DNA of 54,630 nt, the filler included, from Sphacelaria rigidula (taxonomy: Eukaryota): assembly GCA_964200075.2 (NCBI GenBank). It is 5 parts of 5 records of this genome, joined end to end, with 100 filler letters (N's around TTAATTAATTAA, not from the genome) between each part and the next. Parts side by side here need not be neighbours in the genome. Positions count along the whole stretch, not along the records: positions 43,786 to 54,630 come from CAXNAA020005809.1; 4 more parts are not named here. The stretch is one strand, 5' to 3'. Positions 49,594 to 54,630 of this stretch are shown in pieces. The translations under genes were made by a program, and so were the position numbers. The notes beneath the pieces were generated by a model that was not told where the DNA came from, ran no database searches, and saw nothing but the letters and a program-made list of their open reading frames with translations. Position 1 is the first letter of the stretch; the number at the start of each line of letters is the position of its first letter.

Positions 49594-49804
49594 TTTAATG
49601 CGTGAGAGGACCGCGTGCTTAGAGGACCGCATCTGAATTTGAATATCCCTATGGTTGGGGTTAGGGTTAGGGTTAGGGTTGGGGTTAGGGTCAGGGGCGT
49701 GGCTCCTGCAGGAACTGGCCCGATTGGTTTCGAAAAACGTCGATCCTGGGGTGTTTTGGACTACGGCGCGGTCCTCTAAGCACGCGGTCCTCTCACGCAT
49801 TACA
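49594..49804. mobile_element. 211-bp MITE carrying (TTAGGG)n, second copy in opposite orientation
   Basis: Same TIRs and interior as 27030-27240. TTAGGG tract at 49653-49690. Confidence 0.8.
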
Positions 49805-49817
49805 CCATGATGGTCCA

Positions 49818-50258
49818 CCGGATGGCCTATGTTGAGATGTCACAGACACCACTGAGCTAAACGAACAGCGCTGACTGTTTAACTCAGCGGTATCTGTGAC
49901 ATCTTATCAGCGCTGACTGTTTAGCTCAGTGGTATCTGTGACATAAATCAACAAAAAAAAACTCCGGGTTCGATTCTCCCCGTGGTCATACCTTCTAGGC
50001 CAGGGGTACTCGGACCGTAGAGTATGCATCACTCTCGTAATCAGGAACACAGATAGCCTGCTTGGCGAGTGGGACAAGCTCGGCGCTGATTACAGGGACA
50101 GCAACCCTGAGGTTACCACCAGGGGTTCGATGGCTTGACAGCCTGAAGGGCCCCGGAATTAGATTTTGTTAAGGTGTCACAGATACTACAGAGTTAAACA
50201 ATCTGTGCTGACGGTTTAGCTCAGTGGTATATGTGACATCTTGACAGCCTACTACCGG
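49818..50258. mobile_element. TIR element built from ~64-bp hairpins, with a SINE-like interior
   Basis: Hairpins TGTCACAGA...T(C/A)TGTGACA at 49838-49901 and 50175-50238. CCGG termini. Internal GGGTTCGATTC. Confidence 0.6.
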
Positions 50259-50651
50259 ACATGGTGATGTTGAGCATTTTCAGTGTACGATTCCTGTATG
50301 GCCCGTCAAACAAAAAGGTGAAGGGACGGGGGGAGAATAAGAGTGTCACAGAAGTGTTGTTCATGTATAGATGATGCTCGAGCATGCCCAGTATGACTTG
50401 CTTGGTAAGCTTCTGGAACGGCAGCGCTGTGAGGTGCGGTATAGCATTAGTGGCGACGAAACAGAGCGGTAATGTTTTCCGGGAGTATAGAATAACACGA
50501 CTATTATGTGGTCCGTGCTGGAGTACAGATGCCTCCCCCTATCGTTCAGCAAGTAAGTCCTATGATGGTAGACGCAGGGAGTGTGATTATGGCTGGCGAT
50601 TCGAACCCCTGCCGAAACATTCTCATCAACGTTCCTGTCTCAGACTGAAGC

Positions 50652-50947
50652 AAAACTTGCACACGTCGGACGACGCAACTCAGGTCGACACGAGTCAACT
50701 CTTTTCTGCATAACTCACCTGTGAGAAGTAGCAACATGATTCAGCGGTGCACATTCTGGCGATATGAGTTATAGAAGATATCTCAGTGGCGCGCATTCTG
50801 GCCGGGTAGTTAGGGAAGATAACTCAGCAGGGCACACTCTGGTAGGGTGAGTTATAGAAGATGACCCAGCGGTGCATATTCTCGGCCGGTGATCGAGTTA
50901 TACAGCATGACTGAGTCAGCTCATGAGTTGTCTGACGTGTGCAAATT
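50652..50947. mobile_element. Short TIR element with ~41-bp internal tandem repeats
   Basis: AAA.TTGCACACGTC.GAC inverted ends. Units ATAACTCAGCGG...TGAGTTATAGAAG. Confidence 0.7.
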
Positions 50948-53020
50948 TAACGGTGCCGAATATTGAATACGTCAAATAACGACTGGTCTGCGAAGATCAT
51001 GTCCTTTTTGTTCACAATGCTACTCTCCCAGAGGTCACACGCATGTGTAGGAACGTTTTGTACATATGTTGGTCTCCATATGATGTCTTGCTCCTGTTTC
51101 AAAAACCCAAACAACCCAACATCCCACCAAAAGCCGTACGGCCCTAGCCCGCTATCTTTTTTCACCACACAAGGATTAAGCTGCAGAAGAAGACATGACA
51201 ACATCACCTCTAGTCAACATCGGACAAAATCAAACCACAAAGCGTCGTGCATCCTCCAAGATCGTGCTTTCGGGTATACGGTACGAAGTATGTTGCGTAA
51301 TATTGTCGACGTGACATGTCGCTGCAGGTCATATCTGTTCTCCCCGCCCTGACAATGCTTGGGCAGCTTAACCGGCAACAGCGACCGCGTCAAACGGTCA
51401 CCTGTTGACTGAATGGTGTTATTATGTGGTATCTCTGGAATCTATCATCGCATAGGAGGTCACCTGGCATAGAGTTGTCGGAGGCTACTGGAGCCCAGAG
51501 ATCCTCGCTCATGCAAAATGTCTGCAAGCTGTCGAGCTCCATACGCTTGGACGGGTCGATGCTCAAGAGGCTCTCGAGGATAACTTTTACCTGATGTTTG
51601 ATGCGTATTGGCCACATAAACCAAACCGAGGGAACGCAGAACTTTCTCACTTTCTGTTGTTGCTACAAGAGGTGTTCATTCATCTTCGCTGCGCAAGCTT
51701 TTGCACACCATTGTGCAGCTACCGAGTCATGACGTCGTACCACGCGTGTGCCAATCGATTACTGCTTCGGGTTGCATCGGGGTGAACATTAACCGATCCC
51801 GGCATCGCCGTTGGCCGCTCACCCATGTGCGAATGCGCCTTGAACATTTTCATCAACAAGTCAACGTTTTGATACTCGTCGTACGATCTCGCTTGGCGGC
51901 TCAAATCTAGCACCATGAACAACGCTTCCCACGAGATGAGCACTTCGTGGGCATGATCTGTACAGGAACACCCCTGGGAAACACCTTCGGATCTGTTCTA
52001 CGTCATCGATAGCCAACACTTCAAGTGAGTTCAGCCAGAGTTCACCATGTCTTGGTGATGAAAGGTGCGCTGACCCATCTGCCTTTGCATAAGAACTGCG
52101 GAGTTCTGCGGGCGGCGCTCCATCGTTCTTGTGTTCTAGAGGAACAACGACATCGCAAGGGATAGCAGGTGACATATGCAAAAGATGGCGCGAAGATTAT
52201 ACATTAGCCCACATGTTACGTGTCAACAAGGACATCTTGTTGAAACCTGCCTATTTGGTCCTTGTCCATCGCGTTACGTCCGAAAAGAGGGCTAGGCGGA
52301 TGTTGGCAACTTGGATGGCTTGCTCTACTCGTTGAGACCAGATTTCCCCCCCCAAACTTACAATTTCAATAATAAACGACCAACGGGTGTGCACAAGTAC
52401 TCAAACACCACAGCTTCGCTGAACTCACCAACGTTGCAGGCGCATGGGTCCCCGCGATCAGCTGAAGCAGCACCAAGCCGACGGCATACTTATCCATCGC
52501 CGCCGAGATTTTGGCGGTCTGAAACCCCGAAGCCGCTTCTGGCGCGAAGTATGCATGAGTTCCACAGCTTACGACTTCTTCATCGATCACTTCAACATGA
52601 CACCACACCAGGGGCGATTTAAGATAAGGAAGCGGGGGAGAAGGGGCGTGGGGGCGTGGGGGTTAAATATCCGAACAAATCCATTTTGCACCAATTCTCG
52701 AGGGGAGTAACTTCACACTGAATCAAGTCTATGCGGAGGGACGGGGGGCTTGCAAGCAATCTTACGTATAATAGCAAAATAAACGTCATAGCACTTAATC
52801 GTGGATACAATGTGCAGTGTGTCCGTTACAATCCAACAGTATCAGGCTGAGGCACAGAAATCCGTCGACTTGTGGCGGTAGATCACGCAAAACACGTCAC
52901 CAGTTTTGTAATTCAGCCCAGTGGTGAATCATCATCAATGGTGTCGGACGTCAGAATCAGACACGTGCTTCACGGTACATCAACCAACTAGGTCGTAGGT
53001 TGTTCGTCGTTCGTGGCAAA
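50947..53020 (-). pseudogene. Ser/Thr protein kinase, multi-exon, decayed
   Basis: Subdomains VIII-IX (CGTHAYFAPE...MDKYAVGLVLLQLIAG, ~52429-52600, GTGAGT donor). Subdomain XI (ILESLLSIDPSKRM, exon 51402-51590). A degraded DFG-like KSTDFCASA at 52845-52874. In-frame stops and a frameshift near 51960. Confidence 0.7.
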
Positions 53021-53167
53021 ACTGCAAAAAGATCAAGACGGAATGGCAAAGTGGCACCGTCAATGCAAAAATTCGACCCGGTGATTTATAAAGTACATGA
53101 GTGATGCAGTATTGCACATCCTGGACAACAGATGGCGTCTATTGCAATAGCAATCAAATCTATCAAA

Positions 53168-53519
53168 GTGTGTGTGTGTTGCCATCCCATCCATTCTGCA
53201 CGCCAGTACACACGTTCCGGTATATGTGGGTGCATCAGCCGGGGTCACACAGGAGGAAGGCCAAGATAGGAGCCCTTCATTTTGTTTTATTAACTTCCTT
53301 CTGCGGCGCTTGCTGTATTTTTCATTGCGAGAGGAGTTCAGCGATCCCTTTCCCTTGTCCACTGTGAGGTCGTGTTTGTGTACCCACGACATAGTCGCTG
53401 TCCACTGTTGGGCATGGTGTGAGGAGAATTCCAGATCGTGTGACTTGACCGAGATTCGAACCCACGATACAACCGTCAGGAGGTTTCGAGGTTACCAAGT
53501 GAGCCACCGGGGCGACCGG
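53168..53519 (-). mobile_element. SINE family A, full length
   Basis: Head GGTCGCCCCGGTGGCTCACTTGG...GGTTCGAATC, shared body, (CA)n tail. Confidence 0.85.
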
Positions 53520-53539
53520 CAGCAGAAGACACCAGTATT

Positions 53540-54470
53540 GTCGTCGGTAATGGCTATCGCTCGACGAGTTTCCGCGTGTAGAGCTATTGTCATGACTAAT
53601 GTCTATCTATAGCCCGCTTTCCCACACCATTGCGCCAGCAGCAGTCTATGATGACCCTACACCTGAACCTATTGCTGGCGACCAAATATGTCGACAGAAA
53701 GCTTTCCAATCCATTGATGGATCGAGAGACTCTGTGTCATATCTATTCATGACTTCGATGGCTATTGATACATTGTTTACAAAACCTAGTCATGGCGACA
53801 ATAATGGTTATGACTGATAGATTGCGTACAAAACCTGTTGATGGGGGCAATAGTGACTATCAATAAACGCGCCATACAGTATCCAAAAGCTGCTGTGGTA
53901 TACAATGCCTGTCTGTAGTCATCCTCTGTCGCCTGTTGCCACAACTTCAACACAAAATACTGTACATGTACAGAGTATGCTGTGATGCTCTACTGAAGTA
54001 CGGTAGAGGGGCCGCAGTTGAACGTGCAGTGTGTTTATGATGATACTTTTGAAGATATGACGTGATGATTCTGCCAATTCGCAACGGTTGTACGTTGCAG
54101 GAATACACAACATGTACGGACGGAAGTTTACGAGTTTGTTTGTGTGGTATTGGGACTCAGCTTCTGTCCCTGCGGTGGACAAGAGCGCTTTGACTACTTT
54201 TGTGTGCGGGTGAGATGTGCTTACATCTTGGACAGTAGACTGTGCAATATAACATTGTCGGCACAGCAGCCCCGACAATGTGACTGTCAATGCCTATTGT
54301 CAACCACAATCGACTGGGATCGCTGCCTGCCGATAGCTATTGTAAGCAACAAGGGACATGAGATTATCATTGCCGTGACTATTGAGCAACCAAGTCGTCT
54401 ATCGATATACATTATTTGTTGCAATAGGCTCTGAATTGCGACCAATGTCTATCGCTGATTACACTAGGAG
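53540..54470. repeat. Degenerate GCTATTG/GTCTATC/GACTAT motif arrays (53540-53880 and 54230-54470)
   Basis: Short motifs repeat in both blocks. Likely TE subterminal repeats. Confidence 0.35.
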
Positions 54471-54630
54471 CTGCATTGACGGCGGCCGCCACACGTGGCT
54501 GATCGGCTCCCCCCCCAAAATTATATACTCTAAAGGATATATATATATATATATTGTAGAGTGTCCGGCTCCAAAGCATATATATACATATATATATACA
54601 TGCCAGAGTGTCCAGATTCTTGCAGAGCAC

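Noticed and set aside
49653..49690. True chromosome end
   Set aside because: The tract is short, impure and internal to a TIR element.
50710..50930. CRISPR-like array (also 1230-1362 and 2189-3334)
   Set aside because: The whole unit repeats degenerately with no unique spacers, it is bounded by TIRs, there are no cas genes, and the context is eukaryotic.
7091..53020. Functional cluster of EsV-1-7, helicase, cullin and kinase genes, or an endogenous virus
   Set aside because: The genes lie mostly on separate artificially joined contigs, and no NCLDV core genes are seen.

Overview
Eukaryotic, intron- and TE-rich DNA, most likely from a brown alga (inferred from an EsV-1-7 repeat gene, long TE-filled introns and TTAGGG repeats). 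The window is almost certainly not one locus. Four identical 100-nt linkers (44 N + TTAATTAATTAA + 44 N) join five contigs of 10847, 10847, 10846, 10845 and 10845 bp, which points to a size-sorted concatenation of unlinked contigs. Host-type genes: a frameshifted EsV-1-7 Cys/His-repeat gene (7091-8816, -); two exons of a Gly/Met/Gln-rich protein about 9.9 kb apart (-); the 5' exons of a DRS1/DDX27-type DEAD-box helicase (33570-~38683, -); an orphan, degenerate cullin (CUL4-like) last exon (44767-44961, +); and a decayed protein kinase gene (~50947-53020, -). Mobile DNA dominates: a near full-length dead RTE-clade LINE holding a nested non-autonomous Mutator-like element and a MITE that carries telomere repeats, seven copies of one tRNA-derived SINE, two other SINE types that appear to share its central core, and many MITE/TIR families. 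No CRISPR, rRNA or intact tRNA was seen. Coordinates of degenerate repeats are approximate, read by eye.
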